Positions 16,801 to 28,839 of a stretch of DNA of 64,000 bases are shown in pieces. Position 1 is the stretch's first letter; each line of letters begins with the position of its first letter. Source of the stretch: an uncultured Bacteroidales bacterium (GTDB taxonomy: Bacteria > Bacteroidota > Bacteroidia > Bacteroidales > UBA932); NCBI GenBank assembly GCA_900321655.1, contig ONWU01000011.1, forward strand, positions 22,340 to 86,339, written 5' to 3'. The notes beneath the pieces are model-generated. The model was not told where the DNA came from. It saw only the letters and a list, made by a program, of their open reading frames with translations, and did not search any database. The position numbers and the translations under genes were made by a program.

Positions 16801-18456
16801 CTAAGGAATGTAGATGAGCTGCTTGGTCTCGGGGTCCCGGCGGAACTGCTTGAAGTAGTTCCACATGATGCGGGCGGTAGGCTGGAAGTTCCAGTGGCCG
16901 TAGTCCATGACGGCCACTATTTTGATGAGCGGCACGTTACCCTTGTACAGCTGGCCGGTTTCCACGGTAATGCCGTCTCCCTTCGCATAGTGAATGCTTT
17001 CCCTGTCCTGCAGTTTCTGGGCGAAGACCGGGTCTACGGAGAAGTCCAGTTCCCGGACCACCTCCATGCCGTTCATCTGTTCGTAGGCATTCCAGGCGTT
17101 CAGGTAGTTGTTGCCTTTCCAGTTATCGGGTTTGATATAGGGTACCACATTATCGGCCGTTCCCAGGACGGAGCAATAGGGCATTTCCACGGCGCCGCGC
17201 TTCTGCGTTGCCTCAGCCCAGAGGGGCTCGAAAGGCGTATAGCCCTTGAACGGGTTGGCAAAAATACCGCCGGAATGACCGCCCACCGCCGCAAACAGGT
17301 GCGATTTCTTGATACCCAGTGCCGTGGCGGTAATGGAGCCGGCCGATAAACCCTCGGCATACACGCGGGAAGGATCCAGCTGGGGATACATGGCAAAGAG
17401 CTGATACAGAACAGTTTCGATGCCGTCGTGGCCCATGGCCTGGTAGTTGGGCGTTCCCTGCCATTCCATTTCCACCACAAAGAAACGATCCTCCGCCGCT
17501 ACCTGGATGAAGCCGGAAGTCTCGGCCTGGGTGCGAGGGTCGTTCATGTTGCCGTGCAGGAGCACCATCACAGGTACGCTGCGCTCCGGAGCGCCCGACA
17601 GCAACTCCTCGGGCCAGTATTCATACCACAGCCACTTGGTATCCTTGCCGGTAGGTTCTTCCACAATCAAACGTTTGATACCCAGAGCTTCGCAGTCCAG
17701 ATAGGGTTCCAGCTCATAGGAGCCATACTCCCCTAACTTGGCGCCTTCATAGTGCGTATGCCGATAGTTGTTGTACCGGTAGTTGCCACCCAGCACCTGT
17801 TTCCAGGCATCAGCCAAAACCTCCTTTAGGGAAGCCGATGCCGGATTCACCACCACCTTCAGAAGCGGCTCGTCGGCGTGGGCGGCCATGGCCTTCTGAT
17901 ACGGCTTAGCCACCTTGGCAGCATTCTTTCCAGCCACATAAGCGGGAACACCGGCGGCATCCACGCCCTGGCCGGCCTTGCCGTTCACCGTCAGGATATC
18001 GGCAATCTGGCCGCCTGCCTTCGGGGCAATCACCTGGTTCACAAAGGTGGCACCGGATCCCAGGCCCACCACCTTCAGGTTTCCAGGCCCGCGGAACTGG
18101 TTGAACAGCTGTTCGAACACCTCGAAATCGGCCTTGGCGTCATACTTCTCCCCGGTGGGATTGATCACGAGGGCCGTCCCATAGTTGGCGTCCAGCAGGG
18201 GCTGGATGTCCATTTCGGCCAAAAGCTTTTCTGCTCCCCTTTTGTCCAACTTGCCGTCCGGGTAGATGAAAAACGCCGGCGTGAAGTTGTAGGACCGGCC
18301 TTCCGCGCGCGTGGGACCTCCGTAAACAATGTTAAACGAAGCCCGCTGCATCAAGATCACATTCTCGGGCTGGGGCATGGGGCCGGGCTGGGCAAAAACG
18401 GACGAGGCCGTCAGGCACAAGACAATAAGGGCCAGGAAACTATGCTGTCGGCTCAT
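16801..18456 (-). CDS. Secreted alpha/beta-hydrolase (PHB-depolymerase/LpqC-like esterase) with an unrecognised N-terminal region
   Basis: Start MSRQHS at 18456, signal peptide ending VFA-Q. Motifs PVMVLLHG, LDPSRVYAEGLSAG, GTADNVVP and GHWN give a Ser-Asp-His triad. Confidence 0.72.
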   Translation of the reverse strand: MSRQHSFLALIVLCLTASSVFAQPGPMPQPENVILMQRASFNIVYGGPTRAEGRSYNFTPAFFIYPDGKLDKRGAEKLLAEMDIQPLLDANYGTALVINPTGEKYDAKADFEVFEQLFNQFRGPGNLKVVGLGSGATFVNQVIAPKAGGQIADILTVNGKAGQGVDAAGVPAYVAGKNAAKVAKPYQKAMAAHADEPLLKVVVNPASASLKEVLADAWKQVLGGNYRYNNYRHTHYEGAKLGEYGSYELEPYLDCEALGIKRLIVEEPTGKDTKWLWYEYWPEELLSGAPERSVPVMVLLHGNMNDPRTQAETSGFIQVAAEDRFFVVEMEWQGTPNYQAMGHDGIETVLYQLFAMYPQLDPSRVYAEGLSAGSITATALGIKKSHLFAAVGGHSGGIFANPFKGYTPFEPLWAEATQKRGAVEMPYCSVLGTADNVVPYIKPDNWKGNNYLNAWNAYEQMNGMEVVRELDFSVDPVFAQKLQDRESIHYAKGDGITVETGQLYKGNVPLIKIVAVMDYGHWNFQPTARIMWNYFKQFRRDPETKQLIYIP

Positions 18457-19831
18457 GGGTAAACAGGGTTTCTTTGAGGATTTCAGATACGGTGGGATGC
18501 GGGAACACCACGTCCTTGAGCTGTTCCACCGTAAGGCCTTTTTCAATGGCAATGCAAGCGCTCTGGATAATCTCCGAGCAGGGATTGCCCAGCATGTGAA
18601 CGCCCAGCACCTGGTGGCTGGCCTTGTCCACTATCACCTTACACAGGCCCTCTCCCCTTTCGTTCTCGGCCACAAAGCGGCCGCTGAAGGCCATGGGGAG
18701 CTTTAGAACCGTGGAATCCAGGCCTTGTTTAATGGCTTCGGCCTCCGTCACACCTACGCCGGCCACTTCCGGATTGGTGTAGACCACACCCGGAATAGCC
18801 TGGTAGCTCATAGCATCTTCCTTGCCCAGGATGGTGTTCACGGCCACTTCTCCCTCGCGGGAAGCCGTGTGGGCCAGCATGGAGAAGCCGGTCACATCGC
18901 CGGCGGCATATACGCCCGGTACACTGGTGCGCATCTTTTCGTCCACCTTAATGCCGTAAGGACGGCCGGCGGGGTTCAGCGCCAGCTCCACGCCGATGTT
19001 CTCCAGGCCGAGGCCCTGGATGCAGGCCCTTCGGCCCACGGAAACCAGAATCTTGTCTCCGGCGGCCCGGCAGGTATTGCCTTCGGCATCTTCGTAAACG
19101 ACCTCATTGCCTTCTACGGCCACCACCTTGCAGCTGAGGTGGAACTCCACCCCCTTCTTGGCGTACTGGGCCTGCAGCATGGCGCTGATCTCATCATCTA
19201 GCGGCCCCAGGATCTTGGGCAGCATCTCCACCACCGTCACCTGCGTGCCGATGGAGTTGAAGAAACTGGCGAATTCCATTCCGATGACCCCGCCGCCAAT
19301 GACCACCAGACGCTGCGGCTGTTCCGTCAGCGAGAGGATCTCGCGGTTGGTCACCACCACGCCGCCCAGGCCTTCTTTCAGGCCCGGGATGGGCGGGACG
19401 GCCGCCTCGGAGCCCGTACAGATAAGGATATTACGGGCCGAATAGGTGGCTTCACCGGCCGTCAGGACAAATCCATCGGCCTCTTTACCCGCGATGACGG
19501 CCTCCTCCTTGACCACCTCCACGTGGGCATTTCTCATTTGCACCTTGACACCGCCCACCAGCTTTTTCACCACTTTCTCCTTGCGTTTGAAGATGGCGCC
19601 AAAATCAATGGTGCTTTCCGGTACATTCACACCGTAGCGGTCTGCGTGACGGGTATAATCGTATACTTTGGCACTGTAAAGAAGCGTCTTGGTGGGGATG
19701 CATCCTTCATTGAGACAGACACCGCCCAATTCCCTCTTTTCAAAGAGCACAACGGAAAGGCCTGCGGCTCCGGCCCTTCCTGCGGCTACATAACCGCCGG
19801 GGCCTCCACCCAGAATGGCAAGATCGTACAT
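18440..19831 (-). CDS. lpdA: Dihydrolipoyl dehydrogenase
   Basis: GGGPGGY FAD motif, GGVCLNEGCIPTK redox disulfide, GGGVIGME NAD motif, GDV, and HPTVSE. Confidence 0.95.
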   Translation of the reverse strand: MYDLAILGGGPGGYVAAGRAGAAGLSVVLFEKRELGGVCLNEGCIPTKTLLYSAKVYDYTRHADRYGVNVPESTIDFGAIFKRKEKVVKKLVGGVKVQMRNAHVEVVKEEAVIAGKEADGFVLTAGEATYSARNILICTGSEAAVPPIPGLKEGLGGVVVTNREILSLTEQPQRLVVIGGGVIGMEFASFFNSIGTQVTVVEMLPKILGPLDDEISAMLQAQYAKKGVEFHLSCKVVAVEGNEVVYEDAEGNTCRAAGDKILVSVGRRACIQGLGLENIGVELALNPAGRPYGIKVDEKMRTSVPGVYAAGDVTGFSMLAHTASREGEVAVNTILGKEDAMSYQAIPGVVYTNPEVAGVGVTEAEAIKQGLDSTVLKLPMAFSGRFVAENERGEGLCKVIVDKASHQVLGVHMLGNPCSEIIQSACIAIEKGLTVEQLKDVVFPHPTVSEILKETLFTHEPTA

Positions 19832-19834
19832 AGT

Positions 19835-22423
19835 TTATTTCTTGATTGTATAAGTTCCGGAAACATATTCCTGGGCTTCCTCCTCTCCGGGAAGAGTTAC
19901 CAGGGCCTTGGCGCCCTCAGGTACGGTGAAATCCCAGATCCAGGTATCTCCCTCATAGCGCCACTCGCTCTTGATAAGGCCGGCCGCGCTGTTGTAACGG
20001 GCCTTCACATAGCCCAGGCGCTTATCCGGAACCGGCTTCATCACGATGGTCCTGAAGCCCGGATCGGAAGGATCGCTGGCTATGCCGGCCACGGTTTCCC
20101 AGATCCACTCGCAAACGGCTCCGTAAGCATAATGGTTGAAACTGTTCATCCCGTTGGGGCCCATACCCTTGTCCACCATATAGCTGTTCCAGCGTTCCCA
20201 GATGGTGGTGGCGCCGTTATCCACAGAATACAGCCAGCTGGGGTTCTTGCGCTGGAAAAGGAGCTCGTAGGCCATATCGGCCATTCCGTTTTCCGTGAGG
20301 GTGGCCATCAGAATGGAGGTGCCCAGGAAGCCGGTCTGCAGGCAGTTGCCGTGGTCCACAAAGTTCTGACGAAGGCGGGAGGCCATATTCTCTTTCCCCT
20401 CTCCTTCCACCAGACCCAGTTTCAGGGCAAACAGGGCCGGCGTCTGCATGGTATTGAGAATGGGAAGCTTGAAAGAACCGTCTTCCTTTAGGAATTCGGC
20501 CTTCAGATAGGCCTTGGCCTCTTTTTCCATCGCTTCGTACTTGGCGGCATCGCGGCCCGTATCGGCCGCCATATCCCGCATATAGCCTGCATCCAGGGCC
20601 CAGTAGCAGGCACTTAAGTAATTCCAGTAAGTGATGGCCTCGGGCATTCTCTTCCAGGTGCCGGGATAGTAGCAGCGGCCCGCGCAGCTTTCCAGGGGCT
20701 CGTAGCTGAGCCAGTCTGCCCACTGGTAGTTGCCGTTTTCTGCCTCATGGGCCTCGTGACTGTACTTGGTGGAGGCGATATAGTCCATGAATTTTTCCAT
20801 CGAGGCCCAGCTTTCGGCCACAATCTGAGGGTCTCCGAACTGCTTCCACACCGTCCAGGGGACGATGATGCCGGCATCGGCCCAGCCCAGACGCATCGTT
20901 TCTCCTCCGTACTGGGCCAGGGGGGCGACACCCGGGAAGCCGCCCGCTTCGCTCTGGCTGTCCCGCACATCCTGCATCCACTTGTGGAAGAAGCGGTCTG
21001 TATTGGCAAAGAAGGTACCGGTTTCCGTGAAGACCTGGGTATCGGCCATCCAGCCCAGGCGCTCATTGCGCTGCGGGCAGTCTGTGGGAACGGAGAGATA
21101 ATTGGAAAGCTGTCCCCAATAAGTATTGGAAATGAGCTTGTTAACCAGCTCGTCACCCGTTTCTATCTTACCGGTTTCCATATCCTGGGAAATGGACGTA
21201 ACCGGGATGGAAGCAATGCTCCGGAACTGCATGGGAGCATCTACGGTAACGGAAATATAGCGGTATCCCCAGAAGGAACAACGGGGGGTATAGGACACGA
21301 AATCTCCGGCCGAGCCGAAGGTGTAGGTGAGCCAGATTTCATCGTCGTCCACGCGGAGGTTGCGGCGGTGGGTGCTGCCCTCAGGGCCATCCATTCCGCG
21401 TTTTTCGGCGCCGTTTCCGTCGTTCAGGATCTCCGAAGGACGGCAGATGAGCCGCGTCCCTTCATCGGCCTTGAACACGAAGGAAGGCACGGCGGCGGCA
21501 TTCTGGCCAAAGTCTACCACCAGGGTTTCTCCGGGGCTCAGTTCCACCACTTCGCCGTCCTTGTAAGTGCGGGTGACAACCACCTTGCCATACTCCACAT
21601 CCTCTTTCTTTTCCGCCTCGACGGCACCGGTAACGCCCTCCCAAACATAAATTTGGACGGGACGAAGGGCAATGTCTTCCCTCTGGTAAATCTCTGCACC
21701 GTTATCCGGCAGGACAACGCCCTGGAATTCCGTATTCACTTCCGGGGTCTTGAGCAGTTCCGGCGTCTCAAAGCCCATCGGGCAACGGGCGTCGTACTCC
21801 TCCCCTTCAAAGATGCCGGCGTGCTTGACGGGACCGGCGATGCCGGCCTTCCAACTGTCTGTATTGGTACCCAGCAGCTGTTTGCTGCCATCGGCATACG
21901 TAAGCTCCAGTACACCCCTGAAGGCGCATTTGAGCCCCTGCATCGTGTCCATTCTTCCGTCCGTGACAATCTTGTCGGCCCACCATCCGGGGGTTACCTG
22001 GGCGGAAAGCACATTCTGCGCCCCGGGGTTCCTGTCAAAGGCGGCCGTGATATCGTAGGTGAAGGCACGCTTCGTCTTGGCATAGTGTGTGAAACCGGGC
22101 TTCAGCACCTCTTTTCCCACCAGTTTCCCGTTCAGGAAGAGGTCGTATACTCCCAGGCCGGAAGTCATCCAGACGGCCTTGGTTACCTTTTTTCCATTGG
22201 TTACCGTGGAAAGGAACCAGTTGGAGCCGGGAGCGCTCTTGTAATTATCCAGGGCGGGGCCTTTGGCAATGGGGGCATCCACTACGGAAATCCATTCCGA
22301 AGCTTCCCAGGCGCTGTTATCCAGGGCCTCGGTGAGGGTTCCCACCTCCGCGGGAACAGGCCTTCCGCAGGAAAGCAGGGCGGCGGAGAAAACCGCCAGG
22401 GACAGGAGCAAAGTGTTTCTCAT
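19835..22423 (-). CDS. GH78 alpha-L-rhamnosidase, lipoprotein
   Basis: Start MRNTLL at 22423, lipobox LLSC. Motifs DFGQN, PTDCPQRNERLGWMAD, TGFLGT, GATTIWERW and MNSFNHY. Confidence 0.93.
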   Translation of the reverse strand: MRNTLLLSLAVFSAALLSCGRPVPAEVGTLTEALDNSAWEASEWISVVDAPIAKGPALDNYKSAPGSNWFLSTVTNGKKVTKAVWMTSGLGVYDLFLNGKLVGKEVLKPGFTHYAKTKRAFTYDITAAFDRNPGAQNVLSAQVTPGWWADKIVTDGRMDTMQGLKCAFRGVLELTYADGSKQLLGTNTDSWKAGIAGPVKHAGIFEGEEYDARCPMGFETPELLKTPEVNTEFQGVVLPDNGAEIYQREDIALRPVQIYVWEGVTGAVEAEKKEDVEYGKVVVTRTYKDGEVVELSPGETLVVDFGQNAAAVPSFVFKADEGTRLICRPSEILNDGNGAEKRGMDGPEGSTHRRNLRVDDDEIWLTYTFGSAGDFVSYTPRCSFWGYRYISVTVDAPMQFRSIASIPVTSISQDMETGKIETGDELVNKLISNTYWGQLSNYLSVPTDCPQRNERLGWMADTQVFTETGTFFANTDRFFHKWMQDVRDSQSEAGGFPGVAPLAQYGGETMRLGWADAGIIVPWTVWKQFGDPQIVAESWASMEKFMDYIASTKYSHEAHEAENGNYQWADWLSYEPLESCAGRCYYPGTWKRMPEAITYWNYLSACYWALDAGYMRDMAADTGRDAAKYEAMEKEAKAYLKAEFLKEDGSFKLPILNTMQTPALFALKLGLVEGEGKENMASRLRQNFVDHGNCLQTGFLGTSILMATLTENGMADMAYELLFQRKNPSWLYSVDNGATTIWERWNSYMVDKGMGPNGMNSFNHYAYGAVCEWIWETVAGIASDPSDPGFRTIVMKPVPDKRLGYVKARYNSAAGLIKSEWRYEGDTWIWDFTVPEGAKALVTLPGEEEAQEYVSGTYTIKK

Positions 22424-22466
22424 TTTCTTTTGGTTACTAGTTGAGACTATAAAGATACGTTTTTTT

Positions 22467-25277
22467 CTACTTATAATAAAGAACTTTTCCGGGAACCGGA
22501 CGGTAATCGTCCGTACCGGGGGCACACCAGAACCAGCTGAAGGACGCTCCCTCATAATCTTCAAAATACAGGAGCTTGAAGGGATGCAGGCCCTTTTCCA
22601 GCGGAATCTGCCCATAGGCCGATACTTCCGAATGCGAGCCGTCGTTATTCACCACCTTCACCCCGTCAATGTACAGGGCGCTGCCGTCATCGCTGCGGGT
22701 TTCGAACTTCCAGATGCCGGTCTGGGGAATGTCGATAAAGCCGAAGAAGCTGAAGGCAAAATGGTCTTCCCGGCGGGCTCCCGCAATGGAAGGAGCCGCC
22801 AGCACGCCGGAGCCCTCGGCCGGGTCGCTCTCTATCTGGGAAAGGAGCGTAAAGTTGGCTTCGTGATAGGTGTAGCGGCAGCCGCGCTTCAGTTCTTCCC
22901 TTCGGGCCGACGGATGCAAAAACAGTTTGTGGGCCGTCTGGAACACCATAGGAGAAGGCGGCATTCCCTTCAGGAAGGCACGGGCGCGGATGGGGCCGGA
23001 CTCCGAGATGACAAAGGGTTCCCGGTACAGCGGACTCTCCCGGGTGGGTTCACTGCCGTCCAGCGTGTAGTGGATGGAAGCCCCGGGCGTCTTGCATGAA
23101 AGGGAAACCTGGGTTTCTCCTTCAAAGAGGAACAGTTTGCCTTCTATGGCCGGCGGGCATACCGGAGGATCTGCCGTAAGGGAATACGGAGCCGGCAGGA
23201 CATTCCGCTGGAAATTGGGCTGGGCCGACAGTTTGAAGGAAAGCTCTCCGCCAGCCATAATTTCTTCATAGGTAAGGTAATTCCTCTGGACGGGCTCTCC
23301 GTTGAGAAGCACCCGGGAAATATAGGGATGCCGGGGCTTGTCGGCCTTGATGGTGAGCGTTTTCCCATTTCCCAGCGTGATCACCGTCTTTTTGAAAAGG
23401 GGCGCCGTCATCAGGTATTCTCCGCTGCCGGGGCAGGCGGGATACAGGCCGATGGAAGCCATCACATACCAGGCACCCATCTGGCCGCAGTCCTCGTTGC
23501 CGCAGATGCCGTCAGGCGCTGCAGAATAGGTGGTTTTGAGCACTTCCCGCACCACCTGCTGGGAACGGGAGGCCTCGGAGGTCCAGTAGAACAGCCAGGG
23601 AAAGTTGTGGTCCGGCTCATTTCCCTGGGCATACTGGCCCACCACTCCGCCGATACCCGGATCCACCGTCTTCTGCCCTTCTGGAGAATAGGTAAAGAGG
23701 GAATCCAGGGCCCCCAGAAGGGCTTTGTCTCCCCCCATCAGCGCCGCCAGGCCGCCCACATCGTGCGGCACGAAGAAGCGGTACTGCCAGGGCGTCGCCT
23801 CGGTGTAATCCCGGGATCCTTTCAGCGGATCGAAGTCCTCTACCCACGATCCGTCGGCATTCTTACCGCGCATAAAGCCCGTCCGGGGTTCGAAGAGTTC
23901 CCGGTAACGAAGGGCACGGGCATCGTACTCCGCCGCTATATCGGCCTTGCCCAGGCTTTCCGCCATCCGGGCTATGCACCAGTCATCGTAGGCAAATTCC
24001 AGGGTCTGGGAGACGGACTCTATCTTCAGGTCGGCCGGAATCCAGCCGTACTGGTTGTACAGGTCGGAAGCATTGACATTGTGCTTGTTGGAAGATTCTA
24101 CCATCGCCTTAAGCGCCCTTTCCCCGTCAAAGCCGCGGATGCCGCGAAGCCACGCATCGGCTATCACCGAAACCGGATGGTAGCCAATCATACAGCCCGT
24201 CTCGTCACTGGCGAGGGGCCAGATGGGAAGCTCTCCCAGGCAGTCGTAATCGTCCAGGAGGGAATTCACGATGTCGTTTTCCAGGGCCGGGTTCAGGAGG
24301 GTCTGCAGCGGATGCCAGGTGCGGAAGGTATCCCAGATGGAAAGGGTGGAATAGAAATGCCCCTTCTCCAGCTTCCGGTTCTGTCCTTTCTGGTCCCGGT
24401 ACGCTCCGTCCACATCATCTATCCGGTTGGGCGTCTGGAAGGTATGATAGAAGTAGGTGTAGAAAATGTCCGTGGGGCCTCCCTGCACCCGGATGGAGCC
24501 CAGGGCATCGGCCCAGCGGGTCTGCGCCCGCAGCAGCGCCCCGTCAAAATCCAGGGTTTCTTCCTCCCGGTTCCTGCGGGCGCCTTCCACGCCGGTTCCG
24601 GAAAGGCCGGCCGTGAGGCAGATTTCCCGGACATCTTCGGGAAAAGTGAAAAGCATTTTGCCCGGTTCCACCTCCTGTGCGCTCTCAAAGGGCACGGAGA
24701 AGCGGGCCGACAGATAAATATCCCGGTCTATGGCCCAGCCGTTCACCCGCCGGTGGCCGATGAGCTCTTCTCCTTCCGTTTTCAGTGAATACTGCGTGGC
24801 CGTACACCAGGAGCCCTGGCAGTGCCGGGCATCCACCAGGATCACACGGTCTCCGGGCACCTTGAAGGTGTAACGGTGAAAACCCGTATGCTCCCAGGCC
24901 GTTAGTTCGGCCGTCACGCTTTCCAGCTCCACTTTGTAATAGCCCGGAGAGGCCTGCTCATTCTCGTGGGAAAAAGCCATGGGCCCGGCGTGATTCAAGC
25001 CGGGGGTTACGAGGAAGTCTCCCAGATCCGGGCAGCCCGTTCCCGAAAGATGGGTATGGCTGAAGCCCAGGATGGTATCGTCATCGTAGTGATAGCCCCC
25101 GCAGAGGCTGGCGTCCGTGTCCGGGCTCAGCTGCACGGCTCCGAAGGGCACGGTGGCCCCGGGATAAGTATTGCCGGCAAAGCCGGTTCCGTTGAAGACA
25201 TTCACCTCTTTCAGAGGGTCCACGCGGCCGCAGCAGGCAAGGAGGAGCATTCCTCCCAGAAGGAGTGTTCTTTTCAT
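22467..25277 (-). CDS. GH92 alpha-mannosidase with Fn3-associated and PA14 C-terminal domains
   Basis: Motifs GNTYPGATVPFGAVQLSPDT, GFSHTHLSGTG, WDTFR, GNEP and GNEDCGQM, followed by IHYTLDGSEP and SDDGS..VVNNDGSH. Confidence 0.93.
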   Translation of the reverse strand: MKRTLLLGGMLLLACCGRVDPLKEVNVFNGTGFAGNTYPGATVPFGAVQLSPDTDASLCGGYHYDDDTILGFSHTHLSGTGCPDLGDFLVTPGLNHAGPMAFSHENEQASPGYYKVELESVTAELTAWEHTGFHRYTFKVPGDRVILVDARHCQGSWCTATQYSLKTEGEELIGHRRVNGWAIDRDIYLSARFSVPFESAQEVEPGKMLFTFPEDVREICLTAGLSGTGVEGARRNREEETLDFDGALLRAQTRWADALGSIRVQGGPTDIFYTYFYHTFQTPNRIDDVDGAYRDQKGQNRKLEKGHFYSTLSIWDTFRTWHPLQTLLNPALENDIVNSLLDDYDCLGELPIWPLASDETGCMIGYHPVSVIADAWLRGIRGFDGERALKAMVESSNKHNVNASDLYNQYGWIPADLKIESVSQTLEFAYDDWCIARMAESLGKADIAAEYDARALRYRELFEPRTGFMRGKNADGSWVEDFDPLKGSRDYTEATPWQYRFFVPHDVGGLAALMGGDKALLGALDSLFTYSPEGQKTVDPGIGGVVGQYAQGNEPDHNFPWLFYWTSEASRSQQVVREVLKTTYSAAPDGICGNEDCGQMGAWYVMASIGLYPACPGSGEYLMTAPLFKKTVITLGNGKTLTIKADKPRHPYISRVLLNGEPVQRNYLTYEEIMAGGELSFKLSAQPNFQRNVLPAPYSLTADPPVCPPAIEGKLFLFEGETQVSLSCKTPGASIHYTLDGSEPTRESPLYREPFVISESGPIRARAFLKGMPPSPMVFQTAHKLFLHPSARREELKRGCRYTYHEANFTLLSQIESDPAEGSGVLAAPSIAGARREDHFAFSFFGFIDIPQTGIWKFETRSDDGSALYIDGVKVVNNDGSHSEVSAYGQIPLEKGLHPFKLLYFEDYEGASFSWFWCAPGTDDYRPVPGKVLYYK

Positions 25278-25280
25278 AAG

Positions 25281-28799
<3,519 letters not shown>

Positions 28800-28839
28800 T
28801 TATCATTTTCCTACTGGAAATCATTTATCCTATTACAAA

